Assembly (NCBI GenBank): GCA_951406725.2
Contig: OX597828.1
Location: 61,690,001 to 61,754,000 of the forward strand
Length of the DNA stretch: 64,000 bases
Reading direction: 5' to 3'
From: Octopus vulgaris
Lineage: Eukaryota
Shown: piece by piece, positions 42,581-56,714 of the stretch
How positions within the stretch are numbered: position 1 is the stretch's first letter
Layout of the letters: each line of letters starts with the position of its first letter
Translations under genes and position numbers: made by a program
Notes under the pieces: generated by a model
What the model saw: the letters and a program-made list of their open reading frames with translations, nothing else
The model's database searches: none
What the model was told of the DNA's origin: nothing

Positions 42581-43429
42581 TACATACATGCATACATATA
42601 TACATATATACATACACACAAGCACGCAAGCACACACGCACACACACTCAGACACATAAACGTGTATACATTTATAAATATATATACACTATAGATTTAG
42701 TGTTTGTGTGTGTGTGTGTATAAATAGTAGTAGAGGTGTGTATGGTGGGAGACTTTCTCGGCAGGCAGTCATGCATGCTATTTGACTGGTCGATTTCGAT
42801 GGTGACCACCCTTGTCCATTTGTGATTGTCACAATGCACATACTCACGTACAACTTGTACACAACGCACACACAAGTGCTCACAGCGCGCACACAAAAGT
42901 ACATACACACTTGCTCATTGTTCTCCTTCCATTTGACACAAGCGAACTCTAAACACATACCCTTGGTATATTTGATGTGCACGCCTTTATCTGTATGTCA
43001 CATTCGGGATGCGTGTGCACTTTTGCATTCCTATTTTCTTCCAGAAAATCATGTGACCGCAGGTTGTGTAGTGTGTGTGTGTGTGTGTGAAAATAGGTCT
43101 CATACCATGTCCTTCGTCCTGTCACAGTTGCTATTATATATATATATATTATATTTATTTATTGAGAGATTTCTGGACACTACACGCGCAAAACTAATAA
43201 CTGTAGCGTGTATGGTGATACAAACACACGCGCACGCGCGGGCCGGCACACACACACACACACAGAGGTACACACTCTCACACATTTATATTCACACATC
43301 CAGAGGACACATAAATAGAAACAGGTGGATAGATCCCAACAAACCTAATTCTCACAAGAAATCTGTGAATACTTAAGTTCTCTATGTAATATAATAAAAC
43401 AATATTTGTGTGTGTGTGTGCCTGTGTGC

Positions 43430-43462
<33 letters not shown>

Positions 43463-43734
43463 CATGTGTGTGTGCGCAGGCGTGGATGTATGTATTTCTT
43501 TAATACATACATAAACATTTAGGTATAATACAACATATATATTTACAAGTAAATTTATGAATTTATTAGTGTCATGATGGTACACACGACCGTGGGCACA
43601 ACACACACACACGCGCACACACTCATATGTATATTTATATGTATACATATATATACGTGTCTATACATTTATAGATATATTTAGATATATTTGTATATTA
43701 TATGCGCATTTGTGTGTGTGCATATATATATACA

Positions 43735-43771
43735 TGTTTGATGAACGGGAACGTGAAACTCTGAGTAACAG
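43735..43771 (+). ncRNA. Minimal hammerhead (C3U), same family as 4782-4819
   Basis: tgt-TTGATGA-acg ggaa cgt-GAAA-ctc t gag-TA-aca. Confidence 0.7.
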
Positions 43772-43864
43772 CTTTTGTTATATTTCTGCTGCTTTTAAAT
43801 AAAGCATATTACTCTACCTCTGTTTGAGTACTCTTTTTTCCACCTTGTGTGCTTACTCCGGTAC

Positions 43865-43900
<36 letters not shown>

Positions 43901-43904
43901 ATGC

Positions 43905-43978
<74 letters not shown>

Positions 43979-43981
43979 ATG

Positions 43982-44018
<37 letters not shown>

Positions 44019-44111
44019 GTATATATATACATTTGTATATATATATATATATGTGTGTATATATATATATGTGTGTGTGTGTGTATATGTATATATGTAT
44101 ATATGTATATA

Positions 44112-44170
<59 letters not shown>

Positions 44171-44228
44171 TATTTATTTTATTTTATCTAGTTTCAGCTC
44201 ACGAGCTGTGGCCATGTTGGGGCATATA

Positions 44229-44259
<31 letters not shown>

Positions 44260-44664
44260 TTATTTATACATATATGCATGTGTGTGTAAGTGTGTATGTA
44301 TGTATGTATTATGTTTGTTTGTTTGAATGCATGTATGCATGCATGAATGTAAATATACACGTGTGTGTACGTTAAAATGTAAGACAATAAATTGCGTTGC
44401 CGAAGACGATTACAAAATTTATGCAGAGACTATGGCAGAAGTTCGTGATTGTTCTCTGTATTGCTGCAGCCGAATGTAACTGATAGAAAACATTACGATC
44501 GGAATAGCAAAAGTAGCGTAAAATCGAAAACCATAAAGTTTGTTTATTTTCTCCTATAAACAATGACAAAGTCTACTTATTCTGGCATTTATGTAGAAAT
44601 ATTAAAATCAAAGTATACATATAGATATGTGCGTTTGGGTGCAGATATACGCATGCATGTATGT

Positions 44665-44700
<36 letters not shown>

Positions 44701-44989
44701 AATGCGCATACACACACACATTTATATATATATATATATACACATGTATGTTTATATAATAGAAATATATATGATAGGGACATATATGTATGAATGTATA
44801 GAATATATGTGTGTGTGTATATGTGTGTGTATGTGTGTGTACATATGTATATGTGTGTGTGCGAGCAAGCCTGTGTGCATGTATAATTATATGTATATAA
44901 TAGAGAGATTACTCATGTAAGGTTAGACAACAGTACACTTTGGGTGAATTTTGACATGCACTTCGACATTATATGTGATATCATATATT

Positions 44990-45049
<60 letters not shown>

Positions 45050-45214
45050 CGCACTTACACACATAGATAATATACATATGATACATACATATATATATAT
45101 GTGTGTGTATGTGTGTGTATGCATATATATATATTATATATTATGTATTATATACATATATATATATTAAATATATATATATTCTTCGTGCATAAATACA
45201 CACACACACACACA

Positions 45215-45270
<56 letters not shown>

Positions 45271-45717
45271 CATGTATGTATGTATGCATGTATGTATGTA
45301 TGCATGTATGTGTAGGTGTGTGTTAGTGTGTGTGTGTACTTCTGTATGTATGCTCACAAAACGCATGTATGCATTATAACTGTCAGAGTTTTCGGTTATA
45401 TTTATGACTATGCGTATATGATTTATCGGATATGGTGTACGTTGACAGAAAGTTAATATGCATACCGACAAACACATACACACGGTCATGCACACTCATA
45501 CAATTGCACACATACACATACACACGCACACACAGATGCCAAATTTGCCTATAGCTGCTAACTTCTACAAGAAACGTTGACATTTTCTAACGGCATCGGG
45601 GATATTTTAAAAGATATCTACATTGTTCTATATTCTTCTCTGTTTTTAGTAATACCAAGAAAGCCAATTCCATCACATTAAAATTTGTTAGAAATGAAAG
45701 ACATATAATTTTTATAT

Positions 45718-45835
<118 letters not shown>

Positions 45836-46371
45836 CTTTAATTCTTTTACTTGTTTCAGTCACTTGACTACAGCCACACATACACACACACAAAAACACA
45901 TACATGTATATAAGTATATGTATATGTGTGTGTGTATATATATGTATTGTAATTTGTATAACAAGATATAGATTTACAAATATAAAGAAAAAATCGAGGA
46001 TTTAAATTAGTAAATATATGCATAATTACAATTAATAAAAGAATATAAATTTAAAACGAATTTTAATTAATATATACATGGGTGTCTATGTTTATTTGTG
46101 TGTGTATGTTTGTGTGCGCGGGGCTACACACCCTTGGATGCCTGAGATTGTTATTTAACAACATTCATATTTGAATTTGTAGTTTAAAATTTTCTGTAAT
46201 TTCTTTCAACCGTAACAGAAAAGGCTTGAATATAATTGAACTTACTATGATACAATTACATTATATATAAGTAAATATGAGGGTGATAATTTTATCAAGA
46301 TACCATCACTAGTGACAAGCCAATACCAGCCGTACAGGCAAATTAATAAAATATACATATTTATACATGTG

Positions 46372-46411
<40 letters not shown>

Positions 46412-46471
46412 TTCCTGCATCACTAAAAACTAGAAGTCAAAAATATTTCTGTACCACGGAATAGTCACAAA

Positions 46472-46533
46472 ATAAATACAGGTATGGTAGGAAAAAATTC
46501 CAGTGAATTTTTTCTTACCATGCCTGTATTTAT
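46472..46533. repeat. 29-bp hairpin with 4-nt loop
   Basis: ATAAATACAGGTATGGTAGGAAAAAATTC-cagt-GAATTTTTTCTTACCATGCCTGTATTTAT. Confidence 0.9.
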
Positions 46534-46576
46534 AAGTACTCATGTACTACCCTTGAACATATATATAAGCACAGGT

Positions 46577-46646
<70 letters not shown>

Positions 46647-46672
46647 CACACACACACACATATATATATATA

Positions 46673-46705
<33 letters not shown>

Positions 46706-46747
46706 ATGTATGTATATATGTGCGTGTGTAAATATGTGTGTAAGTGC

Positions 46748-46786
<39 letters not shown>

Positions 46787-47260
46787 GATAGATAGATTAA
46801 TATAGATACATATGTCTGTCTGTCTGTATGTATGTATGTATGTATGCAAGTATGCCCGAACGTATGAATATTATATACAAAACATATACATGTTGATATG
46901 CTTATACACGTATACACAGGAGTATATGAAAAAAGTAAAGCTGAAATTTCGTTGAAAACGCAGATGTATATGAAATGTGTCATTTTACGTAATGTCATTT
47001 ATACACACGAAAATTTCTTCAAGTGAACATGATTCCACGCGCGCGGTTGTCTGCTGTACATGTAATCCTCTAGTTATGTTGACATGCTTCTACATGAGTG
47101 TTTCAATACATACATAGCCATATGCATACATTCATACAAACACACGTGCATCTATGTATATGTATATATATACATGTATGAAGCCCCACTTGTCTTCTCC
47201 AATATACATACATGCATGCATACATGCATAAATACATATACATATATCAAATATATATGT

Positions 47261-47291
<31 letters not shown>

Positions 47292-47395
47292 GTATATACG
47301 TATAATATATATATATATATATATAAATATATATATTCATAAATATATTATATATATTAATATATATCATATATATATCATGTATATATATATAT

Positions 47396-47846
<451 letters not shown>

Positions 47847-47861
47847 TATATATATATATAT

Positions 47862-47922
<61 letters not shown>

Positions 47923-48086
47923 AATAGATATAGATATAGATATATATAATATATATATATATGTATATATATAATATCATATAGATAGATAGATTGATAG
48001 ATAGATATAGGTATATAGAAGTATACTGATATATATATATATATTATATATATATATATATATTATATATTATATATTATATATTA

Positions 48087-48142
<56 letters not shown>

Positions 48143-48232
48143 GGTGCCCCAGCATGGCCACAGCTCATTGGCTGAAACTGGAAAAATCAAAATCAAAATC
48201 AATCATATATATATATATATATATATATATAC

Positions 48233-48450
48233 ATGTTGAATATTTTGCAAGTAGTCGAACATATGAACATATATAAGTTGTCCTTCTAGGATTACAGATA
48301 ATTCCAACCATTTCGATTATTTCTATGTTGGATGGGTCGATTAAAACTCTCTATAATTAAGCAGTTGTTTAAATTAACCGCTTCCACCTACCTATGTACG
48401 TATGTATCCACTTTCATCTCTATGAATATGTATTTGTAAATACACACACA
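48233..48450. repeat. About 215-bp dispersed repeat, near-identical copy at 55424-55640
   Basis: atgttgaatattttgcaagt.gtcgaacatatgaac...ccactttcatctctatgaatatgtattt occurs at both sites. Confidence 0.9.
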
Positions 48451-48521
48451 CTTACATACAATAACACACACACAACTATACACACACACACAACTATACA
48501 CACACACACGCACACACGCAC

Positions 48522-48584
<63 letters not shown>

Positions 48585-48990
48585 CGAATCATCTATTTGT
48601 AATCGGAGCCCTTTATACGAGAATATATAAATTTACTGTTATTTAATATAATGTACGTACATTATATATATTGGTAATATAAATAACATAAATGACTATT
48701 ATGAAAATATAAAGCAAAATATTATTATAACATAAGATAGAATATTGTACGATAGATAGTATTTTATGCTATAATAGTTAATTTTATATCATGAAATAAT
48801 TGTCCCCAAACAGAAAGCAAGCAACATATAAAATATCTTTATGACTTAGAAAAACTGTTACAAAATGATGAAAACAAAATGAAATGTGGATAAATGAAAT
48901 GAAATTTATTTTAAAATGAGCCTGCATGTGAATGTTCATGTGTCTATGTGTGTGTGCAGTGACAGACGTGTGTGTGTGAGTGTTTGTGCC

Positions 48991-49045
<55 letters not shown>

Positions 49046-49098
49046 ATCTATATATATGTATCTATATATATATGTATGCATATATATGTATATATATA

Positions 49099-49129
<31 letters not shown>

Positions 49130-49567
49130 ACATATGTATACATATATATACATATATATATATACATATATACACATATATATACACATACATATATACA
49201 CACACGCATGCACCCTCACGCACGCACACACACACATATATATATACTTATATACACATCTATGTATATATATATATATATATATGTACATATTTATATA
49301 GACATATATAAGCATATATACACGCATGCATATGTATTATGCATATTTATAGCTACATACACATATATACATACAAACACATATAGATAAACCATAGATT
49401 ATTTGTATATATAGACGTTTGAATACGCATATATAGAAGCATAGATATGTAATATATACACTTGCATACATATATATATATAATATATAGTTCTCTATCT
49501 ATCTATCTCCACACACATACCCGCGCGCGCTCACACATACACACACACACACAGCTAGCTAGCAAAC

Positions 49568-49644
<77 letters not shown>

Positions 49645-49870
49645 GTAGCATATATGTATATCTGAATGTACATATTGATTGTGTGTGTATATATATGTGT
49701 GTGTGTGTATATATGTGTGTGTGTGTGTGTATGTGTGTGTGAGAGAGTGTATGTTTATGTGTGGGTGTGTGTGTTTACACACACACGCATGTAGGTAGGT
49801 AAGTATGTGTGTAGGCAGGTATAATGGTGAAACGAATAAAAAACAATTATGCAACAAATAATGTACGTAC

Positions 49871-49932
49871 CACCAAGATGCATGCACGGTGTGAAAGGTG
49901 CATACGAGCAGCAGCAGCCATAAGGGAGTCAT
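49871..49932 (-). CDS. Wnt: First coding exon of a secreted protein, most likely a Wnt ligand (signal peptide)
   Basis: aacagcATG...: MTPLWLLLLVCTFHTVHASW + TG|GTACGT. It has a hydrophobic core, a VHA cleavage-like site, and SW-W split by a phase-2 donor as in Wnt genes. It lies in a CpG-richer unique island. The subfamily cannot be determined. Confidence 0.62.
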
Positions 49933-50370
49933 GCTGTTTCTCCATCCGCGTCGTGGGACGAGGCGTCTACTTAGCGGCGGAAAGCCAGAGACACCGTGAT
50001 CCGAACTTGATGAAGATTTTGCCGTGGTGGCGCTTTTTCGTCAATCGACTTCGCTTCTTTGGTACTAAAATCCAAAATGTTCCGAGCAAACTTGAATTTT
50101 TTGCCTTTTTTAGTTTTGAAGAAGAGTTGAATGGCACAAAGTGTGGGAGGAAAAGGGAAAGATAAAATATTGTCTTGTTGTCGTTATTGGGCACAGTTGG
50201 TGTTGTTATTCCGTGATTGCAGTAAGGTTGATGGTAGCGTAACTGAATGGAAAGAGAGGAGGGGTCGGAGAGAAAAGCAAAGAGAGAGAGAGAGAGAGAG
50301 GACAGAAAGGCGTGGTGTGGTTATACAGTTGTTCCTAGGCGGCGCTTCACTCGAGGAAGTAAATAACGAG
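49933..50370 (-). promoter_or_regulatory. 5' UTR and candidate core promoter of the Wnt-like gene
   Basis: Inr-like TCAGTT on the minus strand at 50246-50241 and a (GA)n tract at 50281-50300 just upstream. Only one upstream ATG (49945-49943) lies between the Inr and the start codon. Confidence 0.45.
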
Positions 50371-50517
50371 ACGTAACTACAGACCAGCCGATAGATAAGT
50401 GACAGACAAGAGCCTAATTAAAAAGAAATTATATATATTCATTTGTATGTATGTATGTATGTATGAATGTATGTATGTATGTATGTGTATATATGTATGT
50501 ATGTATGTGTATATATG

Positions 50518-50559
<42 letters not shown>

Positions 50560-50795
50560 GGTGTGTGTGTGTTTGCGTGCGTGTGTGTGTGCGTGTGTGT
50601 GTGTGTGCGTGTGTGCATGTGTGACACACACATACGCATCTATTTACATATGCAGACATACACCCACTTAAGCATATAAATACATATAATACAGCCTCAT
50701 AACACATGCATATATATATATATAACTATAATTTCTTTTTGGGGGTGTGTATGTCTATATATAAATATATGTGTTTGTGTGTATACATAGATGAA

Positions 50796-50839
<44 letters not shown>

Positions 50840-50894
50840 CATACATATATATGTATATATAAATATATATAAATATATATATATATATACACAT

Positions 50895-50928
<34 letters not shown>

Positions 50929-50947
50929 GTATGTATATATATATATA

Positions 50948-51048
<101 letters not shown>

Positions 51049-51124
51049 CATACATATACACATATACATACATATATATGTATATATAAATATATATATA
51101 TATACACATACACACACACATATA

Positions 51125-51176
<52 letters not shown>

Positions 51177-51285
51177 CATATATATATATATATTATACAT
51201 ATATATATATATATATATATATAGTAACACCCCCCACCACCCCGCCCTGTCCCTAGCCACATTCAGATGGCTGATCCCCCTTATG

Positions 51286-51328
<43 letters not shown>

Positions 51329-51591
51329 GTATAATATATAGATATATCGTTGCGATCAGAGTTGACGGCATGCCTCATATTTACGTCGTATATTTGTGAC
51401 CGAAAGAATATAATGTTTACACATCGATAATGAAAGATTGTTTTACAATTACCTATTGTTTTATTATTATTATTATCACCATGAATTCTATTATCATATT
51501 CGTCATTATTATTATTATTATTATCATTATTATTATTATCATCATCGTTATTATTATTATTATTATTATCATTATTATTATTATCATCATC

Positions 51592-51627
<36 letters not shown>

Positions 51628-51868
51628 GAAATGGTGGGAGCTGGCAGAGGCGTTAGCACGCTGAGCGAAATGTTTATCTCTATTTTGCCCATCGCTACGT
51701 TCTTTGTTCAAATTCCACCGAGATCGCCTTTGCCTTTTATCCTTTCGGGGTGGATAAATTAAGTACCAGTGAAACACTGGAGTCAATGTAATCGATATAC
51801 CCCTCCAACCAAAATTTCGGGCCTTATGCATGCAGTACAATGGATCGTTATTATTATTGTTGTTGTTA

Positions 51869-51917
<49 letters not shown>

Positions 51918-51925
51918 CATCATCA

Positions 51926-52013
<88 letters not shown>

Positions 52014-52485
52014 TATTATTGTTATTATTATTGTAGTAAGGCGGCGAGCTGGCAGAAACGTTAGCACGCCGGGCGAAATGCGTAGCCGTATTTCGTCTGC
52101 CGTTACGCTCTGAGTTCAAATTTCGCCGAGGTCGACTTTGCCTTTAATCCTTTCGGGGTCGATAAATTAAGTACCAGCTACGCACTGGGGTCGATGTAAT
52201 CGACTTAATCCGTTTGTCTGTCCTTGTTTGTCCACGCTATGTTTAGCCCCTTGTGGGTAGTAAAGAAATAGGTATTTCATCCGTCTTTACACACCCAGTT
52301 CAAATTCCGCCGACGTCTACTTTGCCTTTCATTCTTTCGGGGTCGATAAATTAAGAAGCAGTTTACTACCGGGGTCTATTTAATCGACTCATCCCCTCCA
52401 CCAAAATTACTGTAGTTATGGCAAAAATTTCAAACCATCATCATCATCATCGTCGTCATTATTATTATTATTATTATTATTAGTG

Positions 52486-52554
<69 letters not shown>

Positions 52555-52767
52555 TGAAGGTGTTGAGCTGGCAGAATCGTTAGTTTGCCGGGAAAATGCT
52601 TAGCGGCATTTCGTCTATTCTTAAATTTTGAGTTCAAATTCCGCCACGGTCGACTTTGCTTTTCATCCTTTCGGGGGGTTGATGAATGAAGTACCAGTGA
52701 AACACTGGAGTTGATGTGATTTACCCCTCCCACAAATATTTCGTGCCTTATGTCTACAGTAGAATGG

Positions 52768-52820
<53 letters not shown>

Positions 52821-52837
52821 CATTATTATTATTATTT

Positions 52838-53511
52838 TTCATTTACACTCAACAGATTAGACTGTTGGAAAAGAAAAGAATCCTAACATCGGGCTAGAAC
52901 AAGTAACCTTAGATGCCAAGAACCCTACTAAATATCCTAGCTCTCCCTAGTAACACTGTTTTCTACAGCTGTACTAAACAGGGTTTTATGCCTATTTCCT
53001 CTATTTATCTGTTCAAATCTTTAGGGATAGTTCCCAGTGCACCTATAACTACTGGGATACATTTTAACCCACACTTTCCATAGTCTCTGTAATTCAATAG
53101 CTAAGTCCTGGTAATTTGCTATTTTCTCTATACTTTTCATATTAATTTTTTCAGCATTTGGGACTTTAAAGTCAATTATCTGACACTTTCTCTTCTCTTT
53201 ACTACTATCAATCAGGTCTTCCAGCTTCTATTTCTCTGTCAGTCTGAATGTTTAAAGTCTTTCAACGTCTTGTACGTTTTACTTTCTAGTAGTTTACTAG
53301 GTTCATGCTCAAAACCTATCTTTCTACAAAGTTCCCAGTAGATTGCTCTCCCTAGATTGTCATGTCTTTTCTTGCATTCTTTCTGTGCCAGCATGATACA
53401 TTCACTCAGTATATGAGTAACGCTTCCCTCTTTTGATTTGCATAATCTACATTGGTTTTTGGCTTTCATCCAATTAGTCCATTTTGTTTGATCCTCTGCA
53501 GCTACTAACAA
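52838..53511 (-). mobile_element. R4/Dong-clade non-LTR retrotransposon 3' end (CCHC knuckle plus restriction-like endonuclease)
   Basis: CRLCKSKEGSVTHILSEC...KKRHDNLGRAIYWELC...RPD...CQIIDFKVP...EKIANYQDLAIELQRLW; the 3' end abuts (TAA)n. Confidence 0.88.
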
Positions 53512-53554
53512 ACTATCCCCTCTCCCAAATTTCAGGCCTTGTGCCTATATTAGA

Positions 53555-53622
<68 letters not shown>

Positions 53623-53677
53623 CTATTATTATTATCATTATCATTATTATTATTATTAATATTATTATTATTATTAA

Positions 53678-53726
<49 letters not shown>

Positions 53727-53929
53727 AAGGCAGCGAACTGGCAGAATCGTTAGCACGCCGGGTAAAATACTTAGTGGCATATCGCTCGCCTTAACGTTCT
53801 GAGTTCAAATTCCGCTGTGGCTGACTTTGTCTTTCATACTTTCGGGAGCATATAATAAGTACCAGTTGTGTACTGCGGTCGATGTAATCGAATATCCCCT
53901 CCCCCAAATTTCAGGATTATTATTATTAT

Positions 53930-54207
53930 TTTGTCGAACAGTTATTGTCACGTGTAAGACGGATTCGGCTATCGTCCGAGTCCATTGTGAAGATCGCCCC
54001 GCCTCCTTCCTTTGGCTGGGAAGGGAGGGCAATTTTTCTCTGTCTGGTGGCTATGGCAAAAGAGTTTGTGTGGTGAACGCAATTGAAAGGATTGAAGACG
54101 GGTGCCTTCCTCGTTGACCAAGGCCTCATTGACTTTTTCCGGTTCCACCTGAAAAGGAAAGTGAGGATGGAGAGGGAGGTACTGTCACCCAGAAAGTTCG
54201 TTGAAAT
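53930..54207 (+). mobile_element. L1/Tx1-type ORF2 C-terminal fragment, same family as 59200-63600
   Basis: RIRLSSESIVKIAPPPSFGWEGRAIFLCLVAMAKEFVW*TQLKGLK...FFRFHLKRKVRMERE matches the reverse complement of about 59500-59730. Confidence 0.8.
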
Positions 54208-55670
54208 ATTCTGTTGAAATTCCGGCGAGATCGACTTTGCCTTCAACCATTGGGAATCGACTAAATAAATACCAGTTGAGCACTAGGGTCGATGTAATAG
54301 ACTATTCCCTTCCCTCGTAATTGCTATCCTTGTCCCTAAATTTGAAATGCAGAATCGATAACACGCCGGGTAAAATGCTTAGTGACATTTCGTCCGCTTT
54401 TACGCTCTGAGTTCAAATTCCTGAAAGGTCAACATTTCCTTTTCTCCTTTCGCGATCAATAAATAAAGTAACAGTGAAACACTGGGCTCGATGCAATCAA
54501 TTAGTTCCCTCCCACAAAATTTCAGGCCTTGTGCCTTTATTAGAAAATATTAATATTATTATTATTTAGGCTGCGAGCAAGTAGAATCGTTAGCACACCG
54601 ATCTAATCGACTAACCCCACCTCTTAGAGTTATGGAATTGTGCCAAAATTTTAAACGATTTGGCGGTGAGTTGGCTGAAGTGTTAGAGCATAGGACAAGC
54701 CACTTAATGCTATTTATTCTGGTTCCTTAATTCTGATTTCAAATTCCGTCAACATCGGTTTTTTTTTGGGGGGGGGCGATGAAATATGAACCAGCAGGAG
54801 ATTAGTGTCGATGTAATCGACTTAACCCCTCCCCTAAAATCGTTGGCCGTCTGTCAAAGTATGAAACCATTAGAATTTGTTGTTGTTTTTGTTGTTAGTG
54901 ATATTCTTTGTAGTCTTGGAAAACGGCTAGCATGAAACCAATTTGTTTATCGTCACGTCTTATATACCTGTTTTATGACTTGGTTTTTCAATCTGTCTTT
55001 GTTTACAGATTGAGATACCTGATTTTAACTAGTTTTTTCATTATTTATTTATTTATTCATATATATATTTATTTTTTCACTTCATCATTCCACATTTATT
55101 CAAATCTTTTCCAGCTCTTTCTCCACTTCCATTGCTTTGCTGCGTCTCAGTTTATTTTTATGCTTATGCCCGTAAGAATATTTTCTTTTTCTACAACCCC
55201 TAACCCTCCTTCTTCCTCTCATTCTACAACCTCTCCATTCTTCCTTCTCCTCCGTAGCATAACTTACAATCAACATCCGCCACCCCCACCCCCCGCATAC
55301 TTGCTTCTCGACGAATTTTCTTCTTAACTGGTTCACGCTGATAAATTTGTTTATTTTACTTCTCATTCCAAACACCTACAAATAGATCCCTAGCTTTTGA
55401 AATGAAGAAGAAATGTTTGAAATATGTTGAATATTTTGCAAGTGGTCGAACATATGAACATATATAAGTTGTCCTTCTAGTATTACAGATAATTCCAACC
55501 ATTTCGATTATTTCTATGTTGGATGGGTCGATTAAAACTCTCTATAATTAAGCAGTTGATTAAATTAACGCTTCCACCTAACTATGTACGTATGTAGCCA
55601 CTTTCATCTCTATGAATATGTATTTATAAATGCACACACATACACATACACATACACACACATACATATA

Positions 55671-55726
<56 letters not shown>

Positions 55727-55727
<1 letters not shown>

Positions 55728-56322
55728 TTAAAATTAAGGATAAAATCTTTATAAGAAATTATCAGTAGTTAGCGTGAAAAACCTCGTAAGAGAAAAAACC
55801 TGTAAATGTTTCCACTTTGAAAATATTTATTTATATTATATAGAGGGTACTATTATTCATTGGTACCGCACGCTAGGAGGGACTTTTGCAGTCAAAACTA
55901 CTAAAATAAACAAATTGTACCGAATGCAAAACTTCAAAGCAAGTCATTTAGAAACAGAATTTAGTTACATATCACCTGTGATTTCGCAATCAATGCAGAA
56001 TATGCATTCTATGCTCTTCAGTGCAACAAACTCAAGACCTATAAGAAAAAACACAACATTACAAACCCGACAGCCAACCGTAGAATTCGCCGCAGCATGT
56101 ATGAATGTTTATCTTTACATATCTATGTTGCACTGAAGAGCATAGAATGCATATTCTGCATTGATTGCGAAATCACAGGTAATATGTAACTAAATTCTGT
56201 TTCTAAATGACTTGCTTTGAAGTTTTGCATTCGGTACAAGTTGTTTATTTTAGTAGTTTTGACTGCAAAAGTTCCTCCTAGCGTGCGGTACCTATGAATA
56301 ATAGTACCCTCTATATAATATA
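55727..56322. mobile_element. PLE-derived module with about 195-bp inverted duplication carrying two opposed hammerheads (55964-56027 minus; 56127-56190 plus)
   Basis: 55832-56028 is the reverse complement of 56126-56322; both arms read gttgca-CTGAAGA-gca...tgc-GAAA-tcacaggt(g/a)a-TA-tgtaac. Confidence 0.9.
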
Positions 56323-56639
56323 TATATATTAAGGCGGTGAGCTGGCAGAATCGTTAGCACGCTGGGAAAAATGCTTAGTGGTGCAAACATATATACAGAT
56401 TCTTTTATTTGTTTCAGTCATTTGACTGTGGCCATGATGGAGAACCGCCTTTAGTAGAACAAATCGACCCCAGGAGTTATTCTTTGAAAGCCTAGTACTT
56501 ATCCTATCGGTATCTTTTTGCCGAACCACTAAGTTACGGGGACGTAAACCCACCAACATCGGTTGTCAAGCTATGGTAGGGGGACAAACACAGACACACA
56601 AACATATGCATAACACATACATACATACATACATACATG

Positions 56640-56714
<75 letters not shown>

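Larger units (their letters stand above)
51633..54870 (+). mobile_element. Array of co-oriented OK-type SINE copies embedded in (TTA)n tracts
   Basis: Copies at about 51633, 52040 (best preserved), 52270, 52559, 53729, 54210, 54350, 54570 and 54662. Confidence 0.88.

Noticed and set aside
49967-50194. Minus-strand 75-aa ORF near the promoter
   Set aside because: It starts at a non-ATG codon, has no homology signal, and is better explained as 5' UTR.
51633-54870. Repeat-spacer appearance resembling a CRISPR array
   Set aside because: The context is eukaryotic, the units are diverged SINE copies separated by microsatellites, and there are no cas genes.
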